In this document: positions 9,067-18,417 of the stretch, piece after piece | Layout of the letters: every line of letters starts with the position of its first letter | Position numbering within the stretch: position 1 is the stretch's first letter | DNA from: Candidatus Pampinifervens sericum | GTDB taxonomy: Bacteria; Aquificota; Aquificia; Aquificales; Aquificaceae | Assembly (NCBI GenBank): GCA_037722135.1 | Contig: JBBKAW010000103.1 | Span: 20,866-73,486 of the forward strand | Direction: 5' to 3' | Length of the DNA: 52,621 nt | Made by a program: the position numbers and the translations under genes | Notes under the pieces: model-generated | Seen by the model: only the letters and a program-made list of their open reading frames with translations | What the model was told of the DNA's origin: nothing | Database searches by the model: none

Positions 9067-9936
9067 TTAGAGCTTATTTAGGATATAAACCCATGCGGGA
9101 ATGCTCAAAAAACTCAAAAGAATGCCAAGACCTGCACTGGCAAAGGCAAGGCTATGGTTGAGCCCATACCTTAGCACCAAAAGGCTTGCGGTTATCATGG
9201 TAGGCATAGCGGACTCAAGCACAGAGACCCTGTAAGCGGTTTCGCTCACAGGCAAGGCTTTAAATACCAAAAGGGCAAAAAGTGGAGATAGGAACATCTT
9301 TATGCCAACGGCGGTAGCCAAGAGTTTAAGACCTTTACCAACATGAGAAAACTCAAGGGAAAGACCCAGAGAAAACAAAACCACTGGCAGTAGCGACGCA
9401 ATAGAAAAGTCCACAAACTTCCAAAAGAAGGCTGGAAGCTCATAAGCCCTTAGCAGAAAGCCAAATAACAAGCCAAGAAAGGGTGGAAAGAGTATTATGG
9501 ACCTTAATTGAAGATTGCCACTCACTATTAAAAAGCCCACAGAAGAGACCGCAAGAAAAGAACCTACGCTGTCGTAAATAACCGCATACTTTAGCCCTTC
9601 TTCTCCAAAGTAGGTAAAACTGTAAGGATAGCCAAGAAAGGCTGTATTGCCAAAGGCGGAAGCCATCATAAGCGTCCTGAGGTCTGATTTTTTGAGCTTG
9701 AGAGCCTTACCTACGAGATACGAAGTGAGTATACACAGAGCTATTACAAGCCAAGCACCAACGCCGATAAAAGCCACTTCCTTAGAGAGACCTATACTAT
9801 GTGCGGTCTTAAAACTTAACAAGGGAAGGGCAAAATATAACACGTAGTTTACCAAAACTTTAGAATGTTCCTCGGAAAATAGACCAAGCCTTTTGAGTAT
9901 GTATGCAATGCTTACGGTAAGAAAGACCTCAAGCAT
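9067..9936 (-). CDS. AEC (auxin efflux carrier) family transporter
   Basis: About 10 TM segments, FGNTAFLGYP, LESAMPT. Confidence 0.9.
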   Translation of the reverse strand: MLEVFLTVSIAYILKRLGLFSEEHSKVLVNYVLYFALPLLSFKTAHSIGLSKEVAFIGVGAWLVIALCILTSYLVGKALKLKKSDLRTLMMASAFGNTAFLGYPYSFTYFGEEGLKYAVIYDSVGSFLAVSSVGFLIVSGNLQLRSIILFPPFLGLLFGFLLRAYELPAFFWKFVDFSIASLLPVVLFSLGLSLEFSHVGKGLKLLATAVGIKMFLSPLFALLVFKALPVSETAYRVSVLESAMPTMITASLLVLRYGLNHSLAFASAGLGILLSFLSIPAWVYILNKL

Positions 9937-10864
9937 AGAAAAAGCTCTCTATCTGCCTCCTTATAATGCGGTATGGACCTAAATGAAGTCTGAGAAACTT
10001 TTCAAGCCTACCTATGGGTAAAAGATTTTGTGGAGACCTTCTATCTTGGAAGGATTGGCTGGCAAAGAGAGGAAGCACTCCTGCGGAAATGTTAGCAAGT
10101 CTTTTAACCTCTTCAAAGTCCCTTTTGAAGACCTCAACTCTTACAAGACCTTGTAGCCCTTCGTGTTCTGTGAGCTTTACATACCATGTATATTTATCTA
10201 CCTTTTCCTTCTCTTCTTGTTCCTGCTGATGGTGAACTTTCACTATGGGGCTTCTTTGTCCAGGCTTCAAAATGTATAAAAGAGGAAGATACGACCTATC
10301 CATATAGAGCTTTTTCATGCTTTTTACAAGACCCAGAAAAGGTGTTTTCCTAAGCTTATAGCTCAATGTTCCATCGCATATTACAAGACTGTCCTTGACT
10401 TCCCTTTGAATTTGCAAGGCAACCTCTGCCTCAAGCTCTTCTTTCATGTATCTGTTAATTTCCACAGAAAGCTCTCTCTCAACCGCATACGCTCTAAAGC
10501 CAAGCAATTCGTCCACAAGAATACCACCTTTATGAAAGAAAAGCCGTTCCACTCTATGGAGTAGAAGAGATTCCCTTAAGAGGTTTAGCCTTCCATATTC
10601 TATCCTTAAAGCACCAGCACCCAAGGATAAGAAAGCACCTTCAAAACTCTCCCCTGTTTCCTCATCTCTAACATAGGCAAGGCATTCGGTGCGTCTTACT
10701 CCGTCTATAAACACAAGACTGAAATTTTCTGGCACGTATCCATCGTATACCCTTGGCTCTTCCGCAAGGTCGGAAAACTGCAGAGATTCTTCTATTTCAT
10801 TGGGTTCTATTTCCTGTGGTTGATGTGGACTAAGAGACAACTTGTATCTTCCCAAGCTCTGCAT
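9929..10864 (-). CDS. NurA-like nuclease (RNase H fold)
   Basis: FIDGVRR, ICDGTL, GLVKS and C-terminal [17 protein letters not shown], as in bacterial NurA-like proteins. Confidence 0.65.
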   Translation of the reverse strand: MQSLGRYKLSLSPHQPQEIEPNEIEESLQFSDLAEEPRVYDGYVPENFSLVFIDGVRRTECLAYVRDEETGESFEGAFLSLGAGALRIEYGRLNLLRESLLLHRVERLFFHKGGILVDELLGFRAYAVERELSVEINRYMKEELEAEVALQIQREVKDSLVICDGTLSYKLRKTPFLGLVKSMKKLYMDRSYLPLLYILKPGQRSPIVKVHHQQEQEEKEKVDKYTWYVKLTEHEGLQGLVRVEVFKRDFEEVKRLANISAGVLPLFASQSFQDRRSPQNLLPIGRLEKFLRLHLGPYRIIRRQIESFFYA

Positions 10865-11864
10865 CCTTAAGCTCCTCTAACTTCCTTCCTATGAGGTATT
10901 TTAAATCATTGAGGTTCTCACCAGTCACGGCGGATATGGCTACAAAGGGATAACCCATACTTTCAAAGACCTTTTTTAAGCTTTCTATATAAGACCTGTC
11001 TGATAGGGCGTCAAGTTTTGTTCCCACCACTATCTGAGGCTTTTTAAGGAGTTCTGGACTATAGTTTTCCATCTCTTTCAAGACTGTTTGAAAGGCTTTT
11101 ATAGGGTCCTCTGCCCTTCCCTCTGATATGTCTACCAAGTGCAGGAGGAACTTAGTTCTTTCTATATGCCTTAGGAAGTCAAGACCAAGACCCTTTCCCT
11201 GGCTCGCACCTTCTATAAGACCGGGGATGTCCGCAATTACCACATGTCTCTCTTCGTCCAACTCCATAACACCCAAGACAGGGGAAAGGGTAGTAAAGGG
11301 ATAGTCCGCTATCTTTGGCTTTGCCCTTGTAAGGACAGATATTAGAGTGGACTTTCCCGCATTAGGAAGCCCTACAAGACCCACATCCGCTATGAGCTTT
11401 AGCTCCAATATGAGCCACCTTTCCTCTCCCTTCTCCCCCTTTTCTGCGTATCTTGGTGTTTGATTGGTAGGTGTTGCAAAGTGTGCGTTGCCTCTTCCAC
11501 CTCTCCCACCCTTTGCCACCACGCACCTTTGTCCTTCTTTTACAAGGTCGCAAAGGACTTCTCCAGTTTCTGCATCAATAACCACCGTCCCTACTGGCAC
11601 CTCTATTATTAGGTCTTCTCCATCCTTGCCCTTCTGGTTTTTCCCTTTACCATGCTCTCCCCTCTGAGCCTTAAAATGCGCTTGAAACTTAAAGTCATAA
11701 AGGGTATGTTTTCTCCCTGTGGCTACCAAAACCACATCCCCACCCTTTCCACCATCTCCACCCGCAGGACCACCAAAGGGTCTGTATTTTTCCCTTAGAA
11801 AAGCAACCGCACCATTGCCACCATCCCCAGCCTTAACGTGTATTTTTACCCTATCAACGAACAT
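10830..11864 (-). CDS. obgE: GTPase ObgE
   Basis: Start [18 protein letters not shown] (ATG 11864), Gly-rich Obg fold, [17 protein letters not shown]. Confidence 0.97.
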   Translation of the reverse strand: MFVDRVKIHVKAGDGGNGAVAFLREKYRPFGGPAGGDGGKGGDVVLVATGRKHTLYDFKFQAHFKAQRGEHGKGKNQKGKDGEDLIIEVPVGTVVIDAETGEVLCDLVKEGQRCVVAKGGRGGRGNAHFATPTNQTPRYAEKGEKGEERWLILELKLIADVGLVGLPNAGKSTLISVLTRAKPKIADYPFTTLSPVLGVMELDEERHVVIADIPGLIEGASQGKGLGLDFLRHIERTKFLLHLVDISEGRAEDPIKAFQTVLKEMENYSPELLKKPQIVVGTKLDALSDRSYIESLKKVFESMGYPFVAISAVTGENLNDLKYLIGRKLEELKDAELGKIQVVS

Positions 11865-11886
11865 AAGAAATAAGTATAATTCCCCT

Positions 11887-12786
11887 GTGTTTGAACTCAA
11901 GGGCATAAAGGTAGGGTTTTTCTGCTCTACTGCAGATGGCAAGATAACTACTAATAGGAAGTTTAGGCTCTCCAACCTGAGTTATCAAAAAGTCATAGAT
12001 GTATTGGAGAAAAACCTAAAAGATTTTGAAAAGCTCTTAGAGATTTCCCTATCCTTGGGCTGTGGTATATTTAGGCTGGGTTCAAACCTTGTGCCTTTTG
12101 CATCTCATCCTTCTTTCAAAAAGGACTGGCTAAAGGAGGTGGAGGGAAAATTAAGAGAGTTTTCCAAGACCTTGAGGAAGTTTCCAATAAGGATAACCAT
12201 GCACCCAGGACAGTTTGTGGTGCTAAACTCTCCAAAAAAGGAGGTGGTGGACGCATCTTTGAGGGAATTGGAATATCACTTTTGGGTTTTGGAAACCTTA
12301 GGCGTTGGAGCTGAAGGAGTTGTAGTGATTCATGCAGGTGGTGTCTACGAAGACAAAAGGGAAAGTCTCAAAAGGTTAAAGAATACCCTAAGGGAAAACC
12401 AGTGGCTCTATAGATATCTTGCTATAGAAAACGATGAAAGACATTACACAGTAAAAGACCTTTTGGATGCGGAGCTGGACTTACCTATAGTTTTTGACTA
12501 CTACCATAACCGTCTAAATCCTTCAGAGTTTGAGGTAAGTGAAATATTGCAAACTTGGTCTGGGCGTGTGCCAGAGTTTCATCTATCCTCTGAGCCAAAG
12601 GGAAAGCATCGCTTTGGCGAACACGGAGACTGGATAAAGGTAGAAGACTTTATGGACTTCCTCAATCACTTTGGTGGAAACAGAATAGACCTTATTCTTG
12701 AGGCAAAGCAAAAAGAAAAGGCAGTGGAAAAGCTCCTTTATGAAATTTATCTCCATAGCAGGTTGTTGAGGATGGAAAGGTTTTAG
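11887..12786 (+). CDS. uvsE: UV DNA damage endonuclease
   Basis: [43 protein letters not shown]; start taken as GTG 11887. Confidence 0.92.
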   Translation: MFELKGIKVGFFCSTADGKITTNRKFRLSNLSYQKVIDVLEKNLKDFEKLLEISLSLGCGIFRLGSNLVPFASHPSFKKDWLKEVEGKLREFSKTLRKFPIRITMHPGQFVVLNSPKKEVVDASLRELEYHFWVLETLGVGAEGVVVIHAGGVYEDKRESLKRLKNTLRENQWLYRYLAIENDERHYTVKDLLDAELDLPIVFDYYHNRLNPSEFEVSEILQTWSGRVPEFHLSSEPKGKHRFGEHGDWIKVEDFMDFLNHFGGNRIDLILEAKQKEKAVEKLLYEIYLHSRLLRMERF

Positions 12787-12901
12787 AGCGAGGTCGCTGG
12801 TTTCCTTCTTTGTCTCAAGAGGGCTACATGCAATCAGTCCAAACTACCAAGAATTGCTTGAAGGGAAACCCTTCAAAGTTCTAAAAACCTCACATAAAAA
12901 A

Positions 12902-12931
12902 CTTGACAAAACTATGCTAAAGTTTTATATT
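12902..12931 (+). promoter_or_regulatory. dnaK sigma-70 promoter with an overlapping HAIR-like operator
   Basis: TTGACA 12903-12908, 17 nt spacer, TATATT 12926-12931; CTTGACA-N7-GCTAAAG at 12902-12922. Confidence 0.65.
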
Positions 12932-12962
12932 AGATACCACATCCTAAAGAAGGAGGTGTTCT

Positions 12963-14828
12963 ATGGCGGAGAAGATAATAGGTATAGACCTTGGGACAAC
13001 AAACTCTGTAGTGGCGGTTATGGTGGGTGATGAGCCTGTGGTTATTGCCAATCAAGAGGGTTCAAGGCTTACGCCTTCGGTGGTCTCTTGGACAAAGGAA
13101 AAGGAGGTGCTTGTGGGTGAGCCTGCAAAAAGGCGTGCCATACTTGACCCAGAAAATACTGTATACGAGTCTAAGAGGTTCATAGGTAGGAAGTACGAGG
13201 AAGTGCTTGATGAAGCAAAACGTGTTTCTTACAAGGTTGTGCCAGATGATAAGGGAGATGCCAGTTTTGAGATACCAAACTTAGGTAGGAAAGTCCGTCC
13301 AGAAGAGGTGGGTGCTCAAGTCCTCAAAAAGCTAAAGGAGGCTGCGGAGGCATACCTCGGAGAAAAGATAACAAAGGCGGTTATAACAGTTCCTGCCTAC
13401 TTTAACGAAAGGCAAAGACAAGCTACAAAGGATGCAGGTAAGATAGCAGGGCTTGAGGTGCTTAGAATTCTTAACGAGCCAACCGCTGCAGCACTTGCCT
13501 ATGGACTTGATAAGAAAAGCGATGTGAGGATACTTGTTTACGACTTTGGTGGTGGAACCTTTGACGTTTCCATTCTTGAAGGTGGAGAAGGAGTGATAGA
13601 AGTTAAGGCTACCTCAGGAGATACACATCTTGGTGGTGCAAACATAGACGAAAGGATAATGGAGTGGCTGATAGAGGAGTTCAAGAAAGAAACTGGTGTT
13701 GACCTAAGAAAAGATAGGACCGCTTTGCAAAGGCTAAAGGAAGCCAGCGAGCAAGCAAAGAAGGAACTATCCTTTAAGTTGGAAACGGAGATAAATCTAC
13801 CCTTTATAACCATAGACCCATCCACCAATCAACCTTTGCACCTACAGAAAAAGCTTACAAGAGCAAGACTTGAAGAGATGATAAAAGACCTCATAGACAG
13901 AACTATGGATATCGTTAAAAAAGCCCTTGAGGATGCCAAACTAAGACCTCAAGATATTGACGAAGTAGTGCTTGTGGGAGGTTCTACGAGGATTCCTCTT
14001 GTTCAGCAAAGGATAAGGGAATTCTTTGGCAAAGAACCACACAAGGGTGTAAACCCAGACGAAGTGGTGGCAGTGGGTGCTGCCATACAGGCTGGTGTGC
14101 TTTCTGGAGAGGTTAAGGACATACTCCTTGTGGACGTAACTCCTCTTTCTCTTGGTGTGGAAACCTATGGCGGTGTTATGACGGTTCTTATACCCAGAAA
14201 CACACCCATACCCTACAGGAAATGTGAAATCTTTACCACAGCCAGCGATTATCAAACAGAAGTGGAAATCCACGTGCTACAAGGCGAACGTCCAATGGCA
14301 AAAGACAACAAATCCCTGGGTAAGTTTTATCTCACTGGGATACCGCCAGCACCAAGAGGCGTTCCAAAGATTGAGGTGTGCTTTGACATAGATGCGGATG
14401 GTATTCTCCATGTGACCGCAAAGGACTTAGGCACCGGCAAAGAGCAGTCCATTAGGGTTCAGGCATCTTCGGGTCTTACACAGGAAGAGATAGAGAGGAT
14501 GATAAGGGAAGCTCAGCTTCACGAGGAAGAGGATAGGAAAAAGAAAGAGTTGGTAGAAGCCAAAAACCAACTTGACCAGCATATTTACAACCTTGAAAAG
14601 GTTCTCAAAGAAAACAGAGAAAAACTGCCCACGGATATGGTTTCAGAGATAGAAAGGACCATAGAAGAGGCAAAGAGGGTCTTTGCAAGCTCTCAAGATG
14701 TGCAAGAAGTAAGAAGGACTATTGAACGGGTGCTTGAGACCGCTGGTAAGATAGGAAGCTATATATATCAAGGACAAACCACACAAAAGGGTGAAGGTGG
14801 AGACGTTATAGAAGGAAAGCCTATATGA
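12963..14828 (+). CDS. dnaK: molecular chaperone DnaK
   Basis: [30 protein letters not shown]; SD AGGAGGT. Confidence 0.98.
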   Translation: MAEKIIGIDLGTTNSVVAVMVGDEPVVIANQEGSRLTPSVVSWTKEKEVLVGEPAKRRAILDPENTVYESKRFIGRKYEEVLDEAKRVSYKVVPDDKGDASFEIPNLGRKVRPEEVGAQVLKKLKEAAEAYLGEKITKAVITVPAYFNERQRQATKDAGKIAGLEVLRILNEPTAAALAYGLDKKSDVRILVYDFGGGTFDVSILEGGEGVIEVKATSGDTHLGGANIDERIMEWLIEEFKKETGVDLRKDRTALQRLKEASEQAKKELSFKLETEINLPFITIDPSTNQPLHLQKKLTRARLEEMIKDLIDRTMDIVKKALEDAKLRPQDIDEVVLVGGSTRIPLVQQRIREFFGKEPHKGVNPDEVVAVGAAIQAGVLSGEVKDILLVDVTPLSLGVETYGGVMTVLIPRNTPIPYRKCEIFTTASDYQTEVEIHVLQGERPMAKDNKSLGKFYLTGIPPAPRGVPKIEVCFDIDADGILHVTAKDLGTGKEQSIRVQASSGLTQEEIERMIREAQLHEEEDRKKKELVEAKNQLDQHIYNLEKVLKENREKLPTDMVSEIERTIEEAKRVFASSQDVQEVRRTIERVLETAGKIGSYIYQGQTTQKGEGGDVIEGKPI

Positions 14829-14845
14829 TATAATATAGACCGCCA

Positions 14846-16324
14846 ATGGCGGTCGTTTCCCTTTTTCTTATTATTTTTTTAGTAGATGGTCTTTTTGCCT
14901 ACGATAGAAGAACAAAAGCTCAACAACTCTATAAACTTCTCAACACAGATTGCATATGGTATTGTGGCGGTGAGCCAACAGAGAACTTAAAGAAACTTGA
15001 AGAAATATTCTCCTTAGCCATCCATCACGGGCTTGCTCCCGAAGACTATAAACTTACAAACAGTGCCAATCCAGAACTCGCTACCACAGAGACCCTTATT
15101 AACCTTGCCTATCAACTCTACTATGGAAGAGTAAGACCTTCGGAAGTATACAGGCAATTAAACCTACCTACTAAACCAGACAGAGTCCTTAAGGTCCTTG
15201 CAAGCCTCATAAAGGAGGGGAGGCTTGAGGACTTCTTCTCTGAGCTTGCTCCCAAAAGTAAGGACTATTGGTTTTTGGTGGAGCAGGCTAAGTTTTACCA
15301 TGACTTGTCCAATTTTGAATGGAGAGCTATAAGGGTCGCAAAGCCTCTACGCTATGGAGATAAAAGTCCGTGTATTGATGAAATAAGGTTTAGGCTCTTT
15401 CTTTTGGGAGACCTGCAGGAGTATAATCCATCTGAGAGTTTTGATGATGCACTGCTCCAAGCAGTAAAAAACTTCCAAAGAAGACACGGTTTGCCAGAAA
15501 GTGGAGTTATAGACCAAAAGACCCTTGCGGAGTTGAACGTAAGTCCAAGAGATAGGCTTAGACAAATATACCTAAACCTTGAAAAACACCGCTGGCTACC
15601 AGAGGAATTTAAGAAGGCTGTTGTAGTAAACGTGCCTTCTTTTGAGCTTTTTCTTATAGAAGGTGGCTCTGTAAAGCTTTATTCAAGAGTGATAGTAGGT
15701 AGGAATTATGTAAAAGACTTTAGACCCACACCCATGCTCTACAGCAGGATAGAAAGCATTACAGTAAACCCAAGGTGGTATGTGCCTGTAAGCATAGCAA
15801 CCAAGGATATACTTCCAAAGGTAAAGAGAAACCCAGAGTATCTTAAAAGGAAAGGCTTTAGAGTATTCCTTGGAGAGGAGGAGATAGACCCACTGCAGGT
15901 GGACTGGAGTCAGTATAACGAAAGGAACTTTCCCTTTAGGCTTGTTCAAGAACCCGGAAGAAGGAACGCACTTGGCGTTATAAAGTTTAACTTCCCTAAC
16001 CCCTTTGCGGTTTACCTACACGATACACCAGAAAGACATCTTTTCAACCACACTAAAAGAGCCTTTAGCTCTGGATGTATAAGGGTGGAGAAGGCAAGAC
16101 AGTTAGCTATAAGCCTGTTGGGAGAGGGTTGGAACGACAAAAAGTTAGAAAATCTCATAAAAAGCGGACAAACTCAAACTCTAAGGGTCAACCCACCAGT
16201 TCCTATATACATACTCTACTTTACCGCCTTTGAAAGAAACGGCGTGCTTCATTTTAGAGAAGACCTGTATGGATATGATACAATTTTGTCTCGTGCACTC
16301 TTTAGGATTGGAGGTAGGAGATGA
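14846..16324 (+). CDS. L,D-transpeptidase, YcbB/LdtD family
   Basis: Scaffold domain, PG-binding domain (AVKNFQRRHGL), YkuD motif YLHDTP...SSGCIRV. Confidence 0.9.
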   Translation: MAVVSLFLIIFLVDGLFAYDRRTKAQQLYKLLNTDCIWYCGGEPTENLKKLEEIFSLAIHHGLAPEDYKLTNSANPELATTETLINLAYQLYYGRVRPSEVYRQLNLPTKPDRVLKVLASLIKEGRLEDFFSELAPKSKDYWFLVEQAKFYHDLSNFEWRAIRVAKPLRYGDKSPCIDEIRFRLFLLGDLQEYNPSESFDDALLQAVKNFQRRHGLPESGVIDQKTLAELNVSPRDRLRQIYLNLEKHRWLPEEFKKAVVVNVPSFELFLIEGGSVKLYSRVIVGRNYVKDFRPTPMLYSRIESITVNPRWYVPVSIATKDILPKVKRNPEYLKRKGFRVFLGEEEIDPLQVDWSQYNERNFPFRLVQEPGRRNALGVIKFNFPNPFAVYLHDTPERHLFNHTKRAFSSGCIRVEKARQLAISLLGEGWNDKKLENLIKSGQTQTLRVNPPVPIYILYFTAFERNGVLHFREDLYGYDTILSRALFRIGGRR

Positions 16325-16866
16325 CAAGGAGAGAGCTCTTAAAATCAATGGGGTATATAGGATGCCTGCTTATGACGGGCTCTTTATCTTATGCTTCGGT
16401 CTTTGAGATTAAAGGTATCTCGGAGGGAGCAAGATACCTTGACCTTTATTCTTTGAACACTGGTGAAAGCCTCAGGACCGTTTACTGGATAGACGGAGAG
16501 TATATAGAAAGCTCCCTTAGGGAGATAAACTGGCTTTTGAGAGACTACAGAAGCGGAGAGGTTGCTCCAATAGATGTGGGGCTTCTTGACCTTTTATATC
16601 TCATAACCAAGCTATCTGGAAGGGAAAAGGTGGAAGTAATATCCGGATATAGGTCTCCCTCTACCAATGCTTACCTCAGCAGAGTAAAAGGAGGTGTTGC
16701 CAGAGATAGCTACCATACACGTGGAAAGGCAATAGATATAAGGTTGCAGGGCATGAGCCTAAGTCAGTTAAGAGACCTTGCGATTAGTTTAAGGGCTGGT
16801 GGAGTAGGATACTATCCGAGGTCTGGCTTTGTGCACCTTGATACTGGACCTTTTAGGTATTGGTAA
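16321..16866 (+). CDS. YcbK/MepK (DUF882, peptidase M15A) family protein with Tat-like leader
   Basis: TRRELL leader, ISGYRSPSTN, SYHTRGKAID, GVGYYPRSGFVHLDTG. Confidence 0.92.
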   Translation: MTRRELLKSMGYIGCLLMTGSLSYASVFEIKGISEGARYLDLYSLNTGESLRTVYWIDGEYIESSLREINWLLRDYRSGEVAPIDVGLLDLLYLITKLSGREKVEVISGYRSPSTNAYLSRVKGGVARDSYHTRGKAIDIRLQGMSLSQLRDLAISLRAGGVGYYPRSGFVHLDTGPFRYW

Positions 16867-17423
16867 TGATAAGGGTTTTTGTGGGTTTTTTTACCACTAA
16901 GAAGATACAGGAAGCGGTGGAGAAAATACGAACACAAAGCGAGAAATTTATAAAGGGAAAGTGGGTAGAACCACAGAACTTTCATATGACCTTTCAGTTT
17001 ATAGGGGATTTGCAACAAGAAAGGCTCACAGATCTTTTGAAAACTCTTCAGGATATAGCACAATCTAATAAGCCCATAAGGGTGAAGTATAGAGGTTTGG
17101 GAGTTTTTCCAAGCCTTGATAGAGCTCGGGTTCTTTGGATAGGTGTATCAGAGGGTCATAGACAGCTCATAGAGCTTGCAAGAAATATAGTAAGAGCCAA
17201 TAGACAGGTAGGTATAAGGGATGAAGGTAAACCCTTTTACCCACATGTGACCATATGCAGAATAAAGGAATTTGACAAAAGAGGCTTGAAGGACCTTATG
17301 CGTCAATATGAAAATACCACTTTTGGAGAAGACCTCGTTGATAGGGTTATACTCATAAAAAGTTCTCTAACCTCTGTAGGACCCATATACACTGTTATAG
17401 AGGAGTTTTATTTCCATGGGTAA
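16866..17423 (+). CDS. thpR: RNA 2',3'-cyclic phosphodiesterase (2H family)
   Basis: Two HxT motifs (HMTF, HVTI), RVLWIG. Confidence 0.9.
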   Translation: MIRVFVGFFTTKKIQEAVEKIRTQSEKFIKGKWVEPQNFHMTFQFIGDLQQERLTDLLKTLQDIAQSNKPIRVKYRGLGVFPSLDRARVLWIGVSEGHRQLIELARNIVRANRQVGIRDEGKPFYPHVTICRIKEFDKRGLKDLMRQYENTTFGEDLVDRVILIKSSLTSVGPIYTVIEEFYFHG

Positions 17424-18417
17424 GTGGACTTATGAAAGGGCTGGCGTAAGCATAGAGAGGGCTGAAGCCTTTGTGGACTATATAAGGGAAAAAATAAAGA
17501 CCTTGCCTCATCAAGCACTGCTCTTTGGCTCCTTTGCCAGCGGTATAAAGCTCAAAGGTTACAAAAACCCTGTTCTTATGCTTACGACCGACGGTGTAGG
17601 CACAAAGCTAAAAGTGGCTCAGGCGGTAGGTGTTCACAACACGGTAGGTATAGACCTTGTTGCTATGAACGTAAACGACCTTTTGACCACTGGTGCAAAA
17701 CCTATAGCTTTCCTTGACTATATAGCAACAGGCAAGATAGACCTAAAGGTTATGAAGGAAGTTATGGATGGTATAGTGGAAGGTTGCAAGCTTGCGGAAG
17801 TGCCACTTGTGGGTGGAGAGACCGCAGAGATGCCAGACTTTTATCCAGAGGGAGTGTATGACCTTGCAGGTTTCTGTCTTGGCGTGTGCGAGGAGGAGGA
17901 GCTCATTACTGGTGAAAGCATAGAAGCAGGAGATATTATAATAGGCTTTCCCTCAAGCGGGTTTCATAGCAACGGATACAGCCTTATAAGAAAGGTGTTA
18001 GAAGACAACCGCATAAGTTATAAGGACAAGTTTGAAGGTAGAGAGGTTTGGGAAGTGCTTTTAGAGCCCACTAAGATATATCTCCAAGAGGTGCAAAGTT
18101 TAAGGTCTTCTGGTATAAGGATAAAAGGAATGGCTCATATAACAGGTGGTGGCATACCGGGAAACCTTGTTAGAATACTTCCAGAAGGTCTAAGGGCGGT
18201 GGTGGAGAAGGAGAAAATTCCCAAAAATCCCCTTTTTGACTGGATAAGGGATTTAGGAAAAATACAGGAAGAGGAGATGTTTAGAACCTTTAACATGGGC
18301 GTGGGTTTTATGGTAGTAGTTGGGAAAGAGGACGTGCCTTATGTCCTTAAGGCAGTTCCTTCTGCCTTTGTCTGTGGATTTATTGAGGAGGGTAAAAAGC
18401 ATGTGGCTATCGTTTAG
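17416..18417 (+). CDS. purM: phosphoribosylformylglycinamidine cyclo-ligase
   Basis: TDGVGTK, GGETAEMP, HSNGYSL, HITGGG, TFNMGVG. Confidence 0.97.
   Translation: MGKWTYERAGVSIERAEAFVDYIREKIKTLPHQALLFGSFASGIKLKGYKNPVLMLTTDGVGTKLKVAQAVGVHNTVGIDLVAMNVNDLLTTGAKPIAFLDYIATGKIDLKVMKEVMDGIVEGCKLAEVPLVGGETAEMPDFYPEGVYDLAGFCLGVCEEEELITGESIEAGDIIIGFPSSGFHSNGYSLIRKVLEDNRISYKDKFEGREVWEVLLEPTKIYLQEVQSLRSSGIRIKGMAHITGGGIPGNLVRILPEGLRAVVEKEKIPKNPLFDWIRDLGKIQEEEMFRTFNMGVGFMVVVGKEDVPYVLKAVPSAFVCGFIEEGKKHVAIV

Noticed and set aside
11719-11975. Long N-terminal extensions of obgE and uvsE in the ORF track (similar cases for hemN, bamA, the MTase and purS)
   Set aside because: The extensions overlap neighbouring genes and precede the conserved family N-termini, so downstream starts were chosen.
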